A stretch of DNA of 46,667 nucleotides from a virus. The notes beneath the pieces are model-generated. The model had not been told where the DNA came from and ran no database searches. It saw only the letters and a list, made by a program, of their open reading frames with translations. Shown one piece after another: positions 22,976-32,362 of the stretch; positions within the stretch are counted from its first letter, which is position 1; each line of letters starts with the position of its first letter. The stretch covers positions 1-46,667 of the IMG/VR virus record IMGVR_UViG_3300032893_000002. One strand, given 5' to 3'. The position numbers and the translations under genes are program-made.

Positions 22976-25908
22976 GTATATCCCCTAGAGATCGAAGAAT
23001 TGCGGATACAGTACTAGATCCAGTTAAGTTTGCTAAACTATACTTCGATATTGATTTGTGGGGAAAGCAGAAAGAGATTTTAAACTCAATTGCTGTTAAT
23101 CAACGTACGGCTGTTAAGAGTTGCCACTCAAGTGGAAAATGTGTTGCTGCAGATGAGGTTCTAACGTTAGCAGACGGTTCGAGAATAAAAGCTAAAGATC
23201 TTATTGGCAGAAGTTTTGCATTGCCTACATTAGATGAAGAAGGACATGTTGTTGCTGCAGCAGCAAAAGCAGAATTTAATGCAGTTGAAGAAGTATTTAT
23301 AATAACTACGGAATCCGGAAAGCAGATTGTAAGAAATGCGGAACACCCGCTTTGGCGCGGCGAACGGCTGCCGTGGAACTTAGGTGAGAAAGATACAAAA
23401 TTAACGTTCGGACCCGGCAAAAATTTTGGCGCAAAGAAATTCAATTTGCCAAAAAACATTAGTTGGAGTGATGTAAGAGGAACAATATTTCCCAGAGGAT
23501 GGACTTCAGTTGCGGAGTTAAAAGAAGGCGATTACGTAGCTATGGCTGCTTCATTGCCAGTTTTTGGCTCAGAAGAAATATGTGAAGCAGAATTAAAAAT
23601 TCTTGCCTATTTAATAGGTGATGGGTGCGTTTCTCAGGACGGGGCTCCTGGGTTTACTCAACAAGAAAATAAACAATTAGAAGAATTTCGTTTTTGTGTA
23701 GAAGCAATAGGCTGTAGGCTACATAGACATAACGATCTGGACTACTCAGTTTACGGACAAGGAACGAAACACGTAAAAAGAAAAAATCCTGCATCTGAAT
23801 TAGTAAGAAAGCATGGATTAGCTGGTAAAAAATCAAAAGATAAATTTGTTCCAGAAGTAGTGTTCTCTTTAACAAAAGAACAGACAGCAATTTTTTTATC
23901 GCGCTTATTTGCAACAGATGGTTGGGCAGAGATAAGGGGAATTTATTATTCTAGTACTTCATTTCGTTTAGTACAGGATATTCGAGAACTTCTTCTTCGT
24001 TTTGGAATTATTGCTGATATTAGCAAGAAAAGTACATTTTGGCTATATAAAGGAGTAGAAAAAACAGGCATAGCCTACGATCTTAGCATAAACAGAGCTG
24101 CCAATATAATAGCGTTTTGCGAAGAAATCGGAATTTACGGAAAAGAGCAACAGACTGTAAGAGCATTGGCAAATGCTCGAGAATCTATTGCACGCTGTTC
24201 TGCAGAACATTTTCACAAAACTGGAACTTCGGCACGAACAAAGACGAATTTTGGAAGAGGCCAGCATAGCAGTTTATGGAGAATGAAAACTGCTCCAAAA
24301 GGCACATACTGGGAAAAGATTAAATCTATTGAATATAGAGGTATAGAAGAAACAGTAGCAATAGAAGTTCCAGACTACGGCACGTTTTTAACACAATTTT
24401 GGGAGCATAATACATTTACATCAGCACTAGCAACACTTTGGTTTCTTGCGTCGCATCCAAAAGAAGCAATTGTAATTACAACTGCTCCTACTTATAATCA
24501 GGTTCAGAAGCAGCTATGGGGCGAAATTAAGTCGTTACTAATTAAGAGTAAGCTGAAGTGGCCAGAGCCATCGTTAACAGAATTAAGATTACATCCGAAG
24601 AGATATGCAACTGGATTAACAACATCTGTTACTAAAGGCGATGAGGGCGTTAAGTTTCAAGGTTTTCACGCCGATGACATTCTAGTAATATTAGACGAAG
24701 CTCCAGGCGTAGAGCCAAAGATTTGGGAAGCTATTGAAGGCGCACGAGCTGGTGGCAACGTAAAGATTCTTGCTATCGGAAACCCAACAATTGCTAGCGG
24801 ACCGTTTCACGATGCGTTTGTAAATAATCGTTCCGGCTGGAATTGCATATCAATTAGCGCATTTGACACACCGAACCTTCAAGGTATAGAATTAGAACAG
24901 CTTATTGATCCAAATCATCCAAAATATCTTACGGATGCGCAATTAAAAGAGAATCAGCAGAGTTTTTTAACAACAAGATTTTGGGTTAAAGAAAAGTATT
25001 TTGAATGGGGTCCAACACATCCTGCATGGGAGACTCGTGTTCTTGGCTGCTTTCCATCGCAGAGCGATGATGCTTTATTCGGGCTAATGTACCTAGAGAA
25101 AGCACGAGATAGTGATCTTAAAGCATCGCCAGCGGACAAAGTTGTAGCAGGATTAGATGTAGCTGGACCAGGAGAAGATGAAACAGCGTTAGTAATTAGA
25201 AAAGGTCCGGAGATTCTATATAGTAATGCTTGGGCAACTGCTGATCCGAGAGGCAAAGTTGTTGCGGCATTGAATCAATACAGAAGTGAGTTATCTGCTG
25301 TTAATGTGGATAAGTTAGGAATTGGATGGGGAATGTACACTCACTTAAAAGAGTTGGGATTCCCAGTTGTAGCTATTAATATTACAGAGACAAGTACTGA
25401 TCCGGAACAGTTTTTTAACTCACGCGCTGAATTTTGTTGGGGATTTAGACTTAGACTTCAACAAGGACAAGTAAGCGGCCTTCTAGATGAAAAGACAATT
25501 GGGCAATTAGCTGGAATGCGATTTAAGCAGAATGCTAGAGGACAAACAGAAATTGAATCTAAAGATGCTGCATTTAAACGCGGTGTACATAGTCCAGATA
25601 GAGCTGAAGCTGTTTTGTTAGCTTTCGCAGAGCGAAATAAATCATATAGCGCACTTGAGTATTACAAAGGAGTTATGAGTAGTATGGAGAAAGCACAAGC
25701 AGCTTTAATGATGAAGCCAGCAATGCCAGACAAACCAAAGGAATGTCCTACATGTCGAGCCGTTTGCGTTGTACAGCTTGCGAGTGGGTTTCGTTGTAAT
25801 CAGTGTGGATGTCAATTCGGCGGAAAGGGAAGTTCAATCGGACAACCTAATCAGCGTACAGAGTACTTACAAAAATTGGATGCTGGTAGACGTAACTTAT
25901 GGAAGTAA
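22972..25908 (+). CDS. terL: terminase large subunit, interrupted by an intein (exteins 22972..23139 and 24412..25908)
   Basis: Spliced sequence gives Walker A KSCHSSGK|TFTSALATLWFLA; Walker B ILVILDEAPG; C-terminal nuclease-like region and terminal CxxC cluster; intein flanked by Cys1 and His-Asn / +1 Thr. Confidence 0.85.
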   Translation: MSISPRDRRIADTVLDPVKFAKLYFDIDLWGKQKEILNSIAVNQRTAVKSCHSSGKCVAADEVLTLADGSRIKAKDLIGRSFALPTLDEEGHVVAAAAKAEFNAVEEVFIITTESGKQIVRNAEHPLWRGERLPWNLGEKDTKLTFGPGKNFGAKKFNLPKNISWSDVRGTIFPRGWTSVAELKEGDYVAMAASLPVFGSEEICEAELKILAYLIGDGCVSQDGAPGFTQQENKQLEEFRFCVEAIGCRLHRHNDLDYSVYGQGTKHVKRKNPASELVRKHGLAGKKSKDKFVPEVVFSLTKEQTAIFLSRLFATDGWAEIRGIYYSSTSFRLVQDIRELLLRFGIIADISKKSTFWLYKGVEKTGIAYDLSINRAANIIAFCEEIGIYGKEQQTVRALANARESIARCSAEHFHKTGTSARTKTNFGRGQHSSLWRMKTAPKGTYWEKIKSIEYRGIEETVAIEVPDYGTFLTQFWEHNTFTSALATLWFLASHPKEAIVITTAPTYNQVQKQLWGEIKSLLIKSKLKWPEPSLTELRLHPKRYATGLTTSVTKGDEGVKFQGFHADDILVILDEAPGVEPKIWEAIEGARAGGNVKILAIGNPTIASGPFHDAFVNNRSGWNCISISAFDTPNLQGIELEQLIDPNHPKYLTDAQLKENQQSFLTTRFWVKEKYFEWGPTHPAWETRVLGCFPSQSDDALFGLMYLEKARDSDLKASPADKVVAGLDVAGPGEDETALVIRKGPEILYSNAWATADPRGKVVAALNQYRSELSAVNVDKLGIGWGMYTHLKELGFPVVAINITETSTDPEQFFNSRAEFCWGFRLRLQQGQVSGLLDEKTIGQLAGMRFKQNARGQTEIESKDAAFKRGVHSPDRAEAVLLAFAERNKSYSALEYYKGVMSSMEKAQAALMMKPAMPDKPKECPTCRAVCVVQLASGFRCNQCGCQFGGKGSSIGQPNQRTEYLQKLDAGRRNLWK
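23140..24411 (+). mobile_element. intein (424 aa) with LAGLIDADG homing-endonuclease domain inside terL
   Basis: Begins CVAADEVLTLADGS (block A, Cys1), block B T..H (NAEHPLW), LAGLIDADG motifs LAYLIGDGCVS and LSRLFATDGWAE, ends ...FWEHN followed by Thr; in-frame with terL. Confidence 0.85.
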
Positions 25909-25931
25909 ATTTTATGGAAGGAGCTTGCACA

Positions 25932-26120
25932 ATGCGTCTAGAAAAGCGCGTAGAACTCCTGCCTCCGTTTTGTCCTCTTCACAAAGACGAAGACGGAAAT
26001 CCTATTCCAGCTCCATGTCTATTTTGTTTAGTTCCAGAAGTTTACGATATTGTATATTCTACAGGAGATCATGAGCGTGAAATTATATATTTCACTGCTA
26101 GTGATGAAAATTCGAATTAA
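25932..26120 (+). CDS. hypothetical protein (62 aa)
   Basis: Trimmed to MRLEKRVEL... with GGAAGGAGCTTGCACA SD. Confidence 0.4.
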   Translation: MRLEKRVELLPPFCPLHKDEDGNPIPAPCLFCLVPEVYDIVYSTGDHEREIIYFTASDENSN

Positions 26121-26122
26121 TT

Positions 26123-26815
26123 ATGGATATTCCGAAGTGTAGTGTCTACTCTGTCTACTTCAAAAATATCGGCCAGTCTGTTTTAGACTATCAGAGAAAA
26201 TGCGTCGAATTTTTTCTTCCAGAAGGATGGACTTTTAAACAAGTTTTAAATTCTGAGAAGGATGTTTTCGAGGATGGTAAGCTCGTATACCCGCATGCTG
26301 CTATGCTGCGTGAATGTGTTGAAACTGCTGAGAATGATGCTATTATATTTCTAGATATCGACTGCATACCTGTAAATAAATTAGCTTTTCCAATGCTTGC
26401 TATGGGAGCTAAAGACGGAATACTAACAGGAGCAATTCAGCGAGCAAATCATATTCAGAATGACGAGCATTTGTATGTTGGTCCATTCTGCATGTCGTTT
26501 TCGAGACAGAAGTATTTTGAATTTGGAGCTCCTACTTTTAATGCTACAGCGCGTGGGGATATAGGAGAAGAATTAACGTATAGATGGCATGAACGAGATG
26601 GGATGGTAGCATATTTTTGGCCTTCACAGGTGGAAAAGCCGCTTTGGAAACTCTTTAATGATGTTGATTTTGGGTTAGGAACAACTTACGATAATCTATT
26701 TTATCACTTTTTCTGTATTCGCGAGGAAGCTGCTCAAAATATTTTTGTTGAAAGATGTAAGATGTTCTTAGAAAGATTTGAAGAAGAGAAGATAGAAATT
26801 ATAGCTGCAGTTTAA
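26123..26815 (+). CDS. putative nucleotide-sugar transferase (GT-A-like), 230 aa
   Basis: DxD-type motif AIIFLDIDCIP after a beta-strand, as in GT-A folds; weak call. Confidence 0.3.
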   Translation: MDIPKCSVYSVYFKNIGQSVLDYQRKCVEFFLPEGWTFKQVLNSEKDVFEDGKLVYPHAAMLRECVETAENDAIIFLDIDCIPVNKLAFPMLAMGAKDGILTGAIQRANHIQNDEHLYVGPFCMSFSRQKYFEFGAPTFNATARGDIGEELTYRWHERDGMVAYFWPSQVEKPLWKLFNDVDFGLGTTYDNLFYHFFCIREEAAQNIFVERCKMFLERFEEEKIEIIAAV

Positions 26816-26832
26816 TAAAAGGAGATAAAAGA

Positions 26833-27093
26833 ATGTCGACGCCCGCGATGGCAACAGAAGTTTTTATTGCAGAAGCAGTTCCAAACACAGCTGCTTCACA
26901 ACCGCAACTTATGGATGGCAATACTAACTTAGCAAATACGCCGCAAGCAACAGGGTTGATTACGGTACCGCAATCGCCTTCTGGTACTTCGACTACAAAC
27001 ACAGGACGAGCACTAGAAGCAACAGCGACGTATTTAGCATCAAAGTTGAATATTTTGAATGTTGGTACAACACCTCCGCCAGCACACAATTAA
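26833..27093 (+). CDS. hypothetical Thr/Ala/Pro-rich protein (86 aa)
   Basis: AAAGGAGATAAAAGA SD; low-complexity T/A/P-rich sequence. Confidence 0.45.
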   Translation: MSTPAMATEVFIAEAVPNTAASQPQLMDGNTNLANTPQATGLITVPQSPSGTSTTNTGRALEATATYLASKLNILNVGTTPPPAHN

Positions 27094-27112
27094 TTAGAGG
27101 TCTACCCTGTCT

Positions 27113-27868
27113 ATGTCAGAGAATCCGTTAAAGGTACTTCAACCGCGTCATGCTGAATTAAACATGTATGATGTAATGAAAGGTACAATTCAAAGATTTT
27201 TTGCTGTTGTTGCAACAGAGCCAATTACGTATTCAGGCGAGACGATCGAACCTAAACCCTTAATCGTCTCGCCTGATATATTCAGAGGTACAGCATGCCC
27301 AGAGATGTGCGGCGCGTGTTGTGTTCGCGGAACATTAGATTTTCTTCCTGGCGATCCTAGACCAAAAGAAGCTACACAAAGATTTGTAGAAGTAAATGGA
27401 AAGAAAATTGAGATTTGGTCGGATATGCAAGAAGATAACGCCGATAGATGGTGTCGGCATTTGAATTTGAAAAATGGACGATGTGGCATTCATTCCGAAG
27501 CATATTATCCTTGGTTATGTGATTTTGCATTAATCAATGTAAAACATTTTAAGGATAAGTATTGGCTTGGAACTACGAAATTTTCAAGAACATGGAATTT
27601 TAGAAAGATTACAGATACAGACGAAGAATTTAAAGCGCGGAAAGCTGCACATAAGCCCGGTGCGCTATGCAGCATAGAACCTTTTGAGCCAATATCTGAA
27701 CAGACGGTTGCTAATACAAGGAGAAAGCTGAGAGGACTAGAGAAGTGGATTAACCATTTCCAAATTGCGAATCGGATGAAAAGTATTATGGCTTGGGCAA
27801 ATATGGATCCGATTCCTACAAAGCCTTTATATCTAGGAATTAAATCAGAACGAGGAGTTTTAATTTGA
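27113..27868 (+). CDS. CxxCxxCC (YkgJ/FliB-like putative Zn/Fe-chelating domain) protein
   Basis: CPEMCGACC matches the CxxCGxCC signature of the YkgJ/FliB family; additional Cys/His downstream (WCRH, RCGIH). Confidence 0.4.
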   Translation: MSENPLKVLQPRHAELNMYDVMKGTIQRFFAVVATEPITYSGETIEPKPLIVSPDIFRGTACPEMCGACCVRGTLDFLPGDPRPKEATQRFVEVNGKKIEIWSDMQEDNADRWCRHLNLKNGRCGIHSEAYYPWLCDFALINVKHFKDKYWLGTTKFSRTWNFRKITDTDEEFKARKAAHKPGALCSIEPFEPISEQTVANTRRKLRGLEKWINHFQIANRMKSIMAWANMDPIPTKPLYLGIKSERGVLI

Positions 27869-29517
27869 GTAATACACCTGTCACCCCTGTCGAAAGAAAA
27901 GTTACAATTGTTGTATTAGCTAAGTACAAAGAAATTTTTCAAGGATTTGTTGAGTCAGTAGAGAAGATAGCTCCAAATTTTCAAAAAGTTTTAGTAGCTG
28001 ATGGAACAGAGGTACTTGAAGTATTAGAAGCTTTGCCAGCAAAAGCAAAAAGCACCTGGACAGTAATTCCTGGACCAGAGAAATTTGCTATGGCAGGGAA
28101 CGGAAATCTAGGACTTAAAGCTGTTCCTTCTGATAGCGATATACTATATGTTGGCGACGATGTTAGATTTCTACATGAAAAAACTGTAGAACGCTTACAA
28201 GAGTATGCTTATAGAGAACCAACTATTGGCATACTTTCTCCTAGATTATTAGGAAGAGCAAGCAATGCGTTAGCGAATCCTTCAGCAGACATTACGTTTA
28301 TTAGACCTATGGAAATGTGGTTTCCATGTGTTTATATCAAACGTGAACTGATTGAAAAAATAGGATATTTAGATGAAAGGTTTAATGATTTTGGATCTGA
28401 TGACCTTGACTACTGCATTCGTGCTCAGATTGCGGGCTATAAATTGGCTGCAACTTCGTTTGTTACTGTTCAACATGAAATGAGTGTTGAGGGAGGACCT
28501 ACAACATTCGTTAAGAAGTTAGGTGTTGCGCAGTGGCAACAGCAGCAAGCTAAAGCACTAGAAAAATTGCGTGAGAAATATGAAGTTAGCATTCCTATAT
28601 TCGAGCGCGCACTTAGATCAGGCGATAGTAAGCTGCTTGTTAAAAAGACGATTGAAGTTATAGATCAAACGAAGAAGAAGCCGCCTACACCAGAGGAAGC
28701 TAAGAAAATTCTTGAGAAACGAAGTATATACATCGCAACGCCCGCTTATGGCGGGATGATGACTGTTAATTATGTTACTTCGTTGTTAGGCATTAATGAT
28801 ATTTGTAGGAATTACAATGTTAAGCTTGAATATTCGTTCGTTTACAATGAAAGTTTAATTACGCGTGCTCGGAATAAGATGGTGTTCGACTATCTTAATA
28901 AGAGTAGCTGTACGGATTTTTTCTTCATTGATGCTGATATATCTTTTGATCCAAAAGATATTGTAAGTTTACTGTTTCATGACGAACCAATTATCGGATG
29001 CCCTTGCGTTAGGAAGAATTTAAGATTTGATCGTGTTGCTGCGGCTGTAAAACGGAACCCCGATAAAGAATATACAATTGATGAAATGGCTCGGATGTGT
29101 GGAGAATTCGTAGTTAATTTTCCTCCGACAGGCGCGCCTCAGATGATGAATTTGGGACAGTTGATAGAAGTACAGGATGTAGGAACCGGAATAATGCGTG
29201 TTAGACGTGAAGTCTTCGAGGAGATTGAGAAGAAATTTCCGGATCGCTATTACGTGCCAATGCAAGGTGAAGGCGAAGAAACTCAGCCGCATTATATGTT
29301 CTTTCAATCATGTATAGACGCAGAATCAGGAAAATTTAATCCAGGCGGATATCCGCATTACATTGCAGAAGATTTTGCATTTTGTAGATTAGCTCAGAAA
29401 GCAGGCTTTAAGATCTACTTAGCGCCTTGGATCAAAAGTGACCATATGGGCGCCCTCTTGTTTAAGGGAGACCTCGAGATGGTAGCCAAGGTGGGAGGAG
29501 GCCTCAGGCGCGCATGA
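27865..29517 (+). CDS. two-domain glycosyltransferase (GT2-like N- and C-terminal modules)
   Basis: N-domain: YVGDDVRF (DxD) and FGSDDLDYCIRAQIAGYKL; C-domain: FFFIDADISFDPKD (DxD) and AEDFAFCRLAQKAGFKIY; both pairs follow the GT2 pattern D-x-D ... ED-x-x-x-C/R-x-x-x-x-G-x-K-I. Confidence 0.55.
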   Translation: MSNTPVTPVERKVTIVVLAKYKEIFQGFVESVEKIAPNFQKVLVADGTEVLEVLEALPAKAKSTWTVIPGPEKFAMAGNGNLGLKAVPSDSDILYVGDDVRFLHEKTVERLQEYAYREPTIGILSPRLLGRASNALANPSADITFIRPMEMWFPCVYIKRELIEKIGYLDERFNDFGSDDLDYCIRAQIAGYKLAATSFVTVQHEMSVEGGPTTFVKKLGVAQWQQQQAKALEKLREKYEVSIPIFERALRSGDSKLLVKKTIEVIDQTKKKPPTPEEAKKILEKRSIYIATPAYGGMMTVNYVTSLLGINDICRNYNVKLEYSFVYNESLITRARNKMVFDYLNKSSCTDFFFIDADISFDPKDIVSLLFHDEPIIGCPCVRKNLRFDRVAAAVKRNPDKEYTIDEMARMCGEFVVNFPPTGAPQMMNLGQLIEVQDVGTGIMRVRREVFEEIEKKFPDRYYVPMQGEGEETQPHYMFFQSCIDAESGKFNPGGYPHYIAEDFAFCRLAQKAGFKIYLAPWIKSDHMGALLFKGDLEMVAKVGGGLRRA

Positions 29518-29639
29518 TATTGGTTTATTTAGTACATTCAACTTCTAGTGGAAAGTATTATGTAGGCTGGACTAGTAAAACTTTCGCTGAGCGTTGGTCT
29601 GTTCACTTAGACTCAGCAAAACATGGAGCAAAATGGTGA
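29514..29639 (+). pseudogene. decayed GIY-YIG homing-endonuclease remnant (41 codons)
   Basis: Translates MILVYLVHSTSSGKYYVGWTSKTFAERWSVHLDSAKHGAKW*, matching the N-terminal GIY-YIG core of the two intact paralogs but truncated. Confidence 0.55.
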
Positions 29640-30051
29640 GCTGTTGGCTACCGAGCGGGCACAGGAAACCGCACCAAATATTATGGCAGACGATACACAA
29701 TTAGCTGTAGCAGATACGCTGTTAACTCCTCTGCGGTGGATTGCAGTCATTCTTGCATTACCTATTAATTTTATTGCGTCCATAACAGAATTTGTTAGAA
29801 AAAGGCGATATAATCCAGAGAAGGTAGTATGTCCTGGATGCGGCTTTAAAGGCGATAGCGGCACAGATTATAAGACATGCCGTATTGAGCATACGTTAAC
29901 AGGCGGACCAGAAAAAGCTGTTAATGAGCATACATGTTTTAGATGCGGCGCATTATATTACACATCGCTTTTCTTGCCTGCCGAAAAATGGTTGGCTAAG
30001 CAGCCTATTAGTGATAAGATAGTAAGAGCTGCGCAGCGGACAGTCCTATAA
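29623..30051 (+). CDS. hypothetical protein with TM helix and zinc-ribbon (142 aa)
   Basis: Hydrophobic segment WIAVILALPINFIASI; CPGCG...CFRCG. Confidence 0.4.
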   Translation: MEQNGELLATERAQETAPNIMADDTQLAVADTLLTPLRWIAVILALPINFIASITEFVRKRRYNPEKVVCPGCGFKGDSGTDYKTCRIEHTLTGGPEKAVNEHTCFRCGALYYTSLFLPAEKWLAKQPISDKIVRAAQRTVL

Positions 30052-30061
30052 GGAGAGTGAA

Positions 30062-30247
30062 GTGGCTTACTCGACATTAACAATAAGATTAGTTCCAAAT
30101 TCGTCTACGAATACTACTACGCTTACGCTCCAATCGTCAAGTTTAGTGGAAGCACGGTCATATGTTCAAAATCTGACTAACGGACTATTTGACGACACTG
30201 GCGTATTTTTTCCTTTGACAAATGTAATTAGTATTACGATAAGTTAA
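30062..30247 (+). CDS. hypothetical protein (61 aa)
   Basis: Non-ATG start in track; Thr/Ser-rich. Confidence 0.3.
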   Translation: MAYSTLTIRLVPNSSTNTTTLTLQSSSLVEARSYVQNLTNGLFDDTGVFFPLTNVISITIS

Positions 30248-30250
30248 ATT

Positions 30251-31843
30251 ATGGCACCGAAATCTATTTTTGGTTTTGGCGGAACTCCGAATGTAATATT
30301 TCGACAGCTTGCTCCAATTACAAATGCGGCAGCAAAATTAAAATCGTCGTTATATTCACCGCCTCAGGAAACTATTGATACGATCGTGGATGGGCTGTGG
30401 CCTAATCCGCTGCAGCCTATTACTCCGATTAGGCCTCCCGGAGCAGAACCGCTTAGTTGGCCTTTTAATTGGGGCCAGAATATTATGTATACTCCGCGCC
30501 AAGATGCGGAGTATTCTTCTGAGGAACTTCGAAGATTATCAAAGTATCCATTAGCTAGAATTTGTATTGAAAATAACAAGGATCTGCTCACTAGGATGCC
30601 TTGGAAGATTCAATTAAAGCCTCTTCCAGGAGAAACGAGTAAAGCTAGAGCTTCAAAAAGTAAGAATGATCCCAAGTTGAAGCAGCTGAATGATTTCTTT
30701 GCGCGTCCAAATTGGGAGCAAGATTGGCCAGAATTTATTCGCCCCGTATTAGAAGATATGCTCGTAATCGATGCTGCAAGCATATTTGTAGGCAGGGACA
30801 TAAAGACGAATAAAGTTACAGAATTGAGATGGGTAGAAGGTGCTTCGATCACAAGGTTAATCGACCAACATGGTTGGACACCTAAGCCGCCTAATCCTGC
30901 ATACCAGCAGAATTGGGAAGGATACCCTAGAATTGATTTAACAACAGACCAATTAGTATATAGACCTAGAAATATTTGTCCTCGCGGAACATATTCAAGC
31001 TACTTCTATGGTATGAGCCCAACAGAGCAGATAGCAAAAGAAATTCTAATTGGTATGGAACGTTTACAATACACATGGGATTTTTATTCGGAAGGATCAG
31101 TTCCAAACGCAATGTTATTTGCGCCAATTAATACTCCGCCTGATAAGATTAAAGAAGCACAACAGATTATTGATGCCGCATTAGCAGGCAAACTTGGTCC
31201 AAGACGCAGATTACAAGTAATGCAAGGATTTCAAGAAGAAGGAAAAGCAGAGCAATTGCATTTTCCAAAAGAACCTTCTATGGCAGACACATTTGATGAT
31301 CTGCATATTAGAAAAGTTTGTTTTGCATATGGAACAAGTCCACAGCGTTTACAAAGACAGATGAATAGAGCTGCTGCAGAACAAGCACAAGAATCTGCAG
31401 AAGAAGAAGGAACGTTACCTTGGTTGAAATGGATGAAAGGAACTGTAGATTATATCATCCAAGTTATAATGCAGGAACCAGATTACGAATTTGCATTTGA
31501 ACCATTTGTCGAGACAAATAGATTAAAACAAATGCAAGCAGATGAAATTGCTGTTCGTTATGGAATATATTCAATTAACGAAATTCGAGAACAGCATGGA
31601 GATGATCCGCGCCCAGAAGCAGAAGCCGATGAGATCGGAACAATGACTCCAAGTGGATTCTTGTCGATTACAGAACGTATTAAGCCGACAACAGGAGGCG
31701 GATTTGGTTCTGTAGCGAAGACTGTGAAGCCTAATGGCCGGCTTGCTTCGTTTGACGAACTTGAGTTTACTCCACACTGTAGCAGCCATGCATATAACTT
31801 TCATGGTTGTTTAGAATGTGACTATCTTAGAGATTCAAAATGA
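30251..31843 (+). CDS. putative portal protein (530 aa)
   Basis: Size, position (after terL, before protease/capsid) and acidic helical C-terminal region; no residue-level signature, so positional inference. Confidence 0.45.
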   Translation: MAPKSIFGFGGTPNVIFRQLAPITNAAAKLKSSLYSPPQETIDTIVDGLWPNPLQPITPIRPPGAEPLSWPFNWGQNIMYTPRQDAEYSSEELRRLSKYPLARICIENNKDLLTRMPWKIQLKPLPGETSKARASKSKNDPKLKQLNDFFARPNWEQDWPEFIRPVLEDMLVIDAASIFVGRDIKTNKVTELRWVEGASITRLIDQHGWTPKPPNPAYQQNWEGYPRIDLTTDQLVYRPRNICPRGTYSSYFYGMSPTEQIAKEILIGMERLQYTWDFYSEGSVPNAMLFAPINTPPDKIKEAQQIIDAALAGKLGPRRRLQVMQGFQEEGKAEQLHFPKEPSMADTFDDLHIRKVCFAYGTSPQRLQRQMNRAAAEQAQESAEEEGTLPWLKWMKGTVDYIIQVIMQEPDYEFAFEPFVETNRLKQMQADEIAVRYGIYSINEIREQHGDDPRPEAEADEIGTMTPSGFLSITERIKPTTGGGFGSVAKTVKPNGRLASFDELEFTPHCSSHAYNFHGCLECDYLRDSK

Positions 31844-32034
31844 ATATAACAAAAGAAGCACTTTTATCAGCAGGCGCACAATTGATAAAAGGCCCGAATG
31901 GTGAAGAATGGATTGTGTGTCCAAAGGGCATATACAATAATCTTGCGAGAGTAGCAGCAAGTAATAAAGTAGAGCAAGCTATTGAGAAGGCGCGAGATGA
32001 AGGATTTGAATCCTTCTTGAAGGGAGAGTTTTAA
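31840..32034 (+). CDS. hypothetical protein (64 aa)
   Basis: ATGA overlap with portal stop. Confidence 0.4.
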   Translation: MNITKEALLSAGAQLIKGPNGEEWIVCPKGIYNNLARVAASNKVEQAIEKARDEGFESFLKGEF

Positions 32035-32036
32035 GT

Positions 32037-32279
32037 ATGCCCTATACTGCTAGCACTGTGCCATCTTATGTTCCGAAGGATAAAGCAAAACAATGGGCGG
32101 CGATATGGAATTCTGCTTATGAGCAAAAACTAAAAGAAGGTGCATCAAAAGAAAAAGCAGAACAATATGCTTTCGCAGTTGCTAGCGGTAAGGCTGGTCC
32201 AAATGCTAAAGCTTACGATATCGACGAAGAATTGGCCATGCTAAAGTTGGAAGAAGGCTTAACCGGCTTCAAGTATTAA
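32037..32279 (+). CDS. hypothetical protein (80 aa)
   Basis: ATG ORF; followed by terminator. Confidence 0.4.
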   Translation: MPYTASTVPSYVPKDKAKQWAAIWNSAYEQKLKEGASKEKAEQYAFAVASGKAGPNAKAYDIDEELAMLKLEEGLTGFKY

Positions 32280-32307
32280 ATTCACCTATGGAACTTCGGT
32301 TCTATAG

Positions 32308-32339
32308 CCCCCGACTCTTCAGGGAGTCGGGTTTATTTT
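32308..32339 (+). terminator. rho-independent terminator
   Basis: Stem CCCGACTC(32310-32317)/GAGTCGGG(32324-32331), 6-nt loop, followed by TTTATTTT. Confidence 0.7.
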
Positions 32340-32362
32340 CGAATTAATAGGAGTAATTACAA

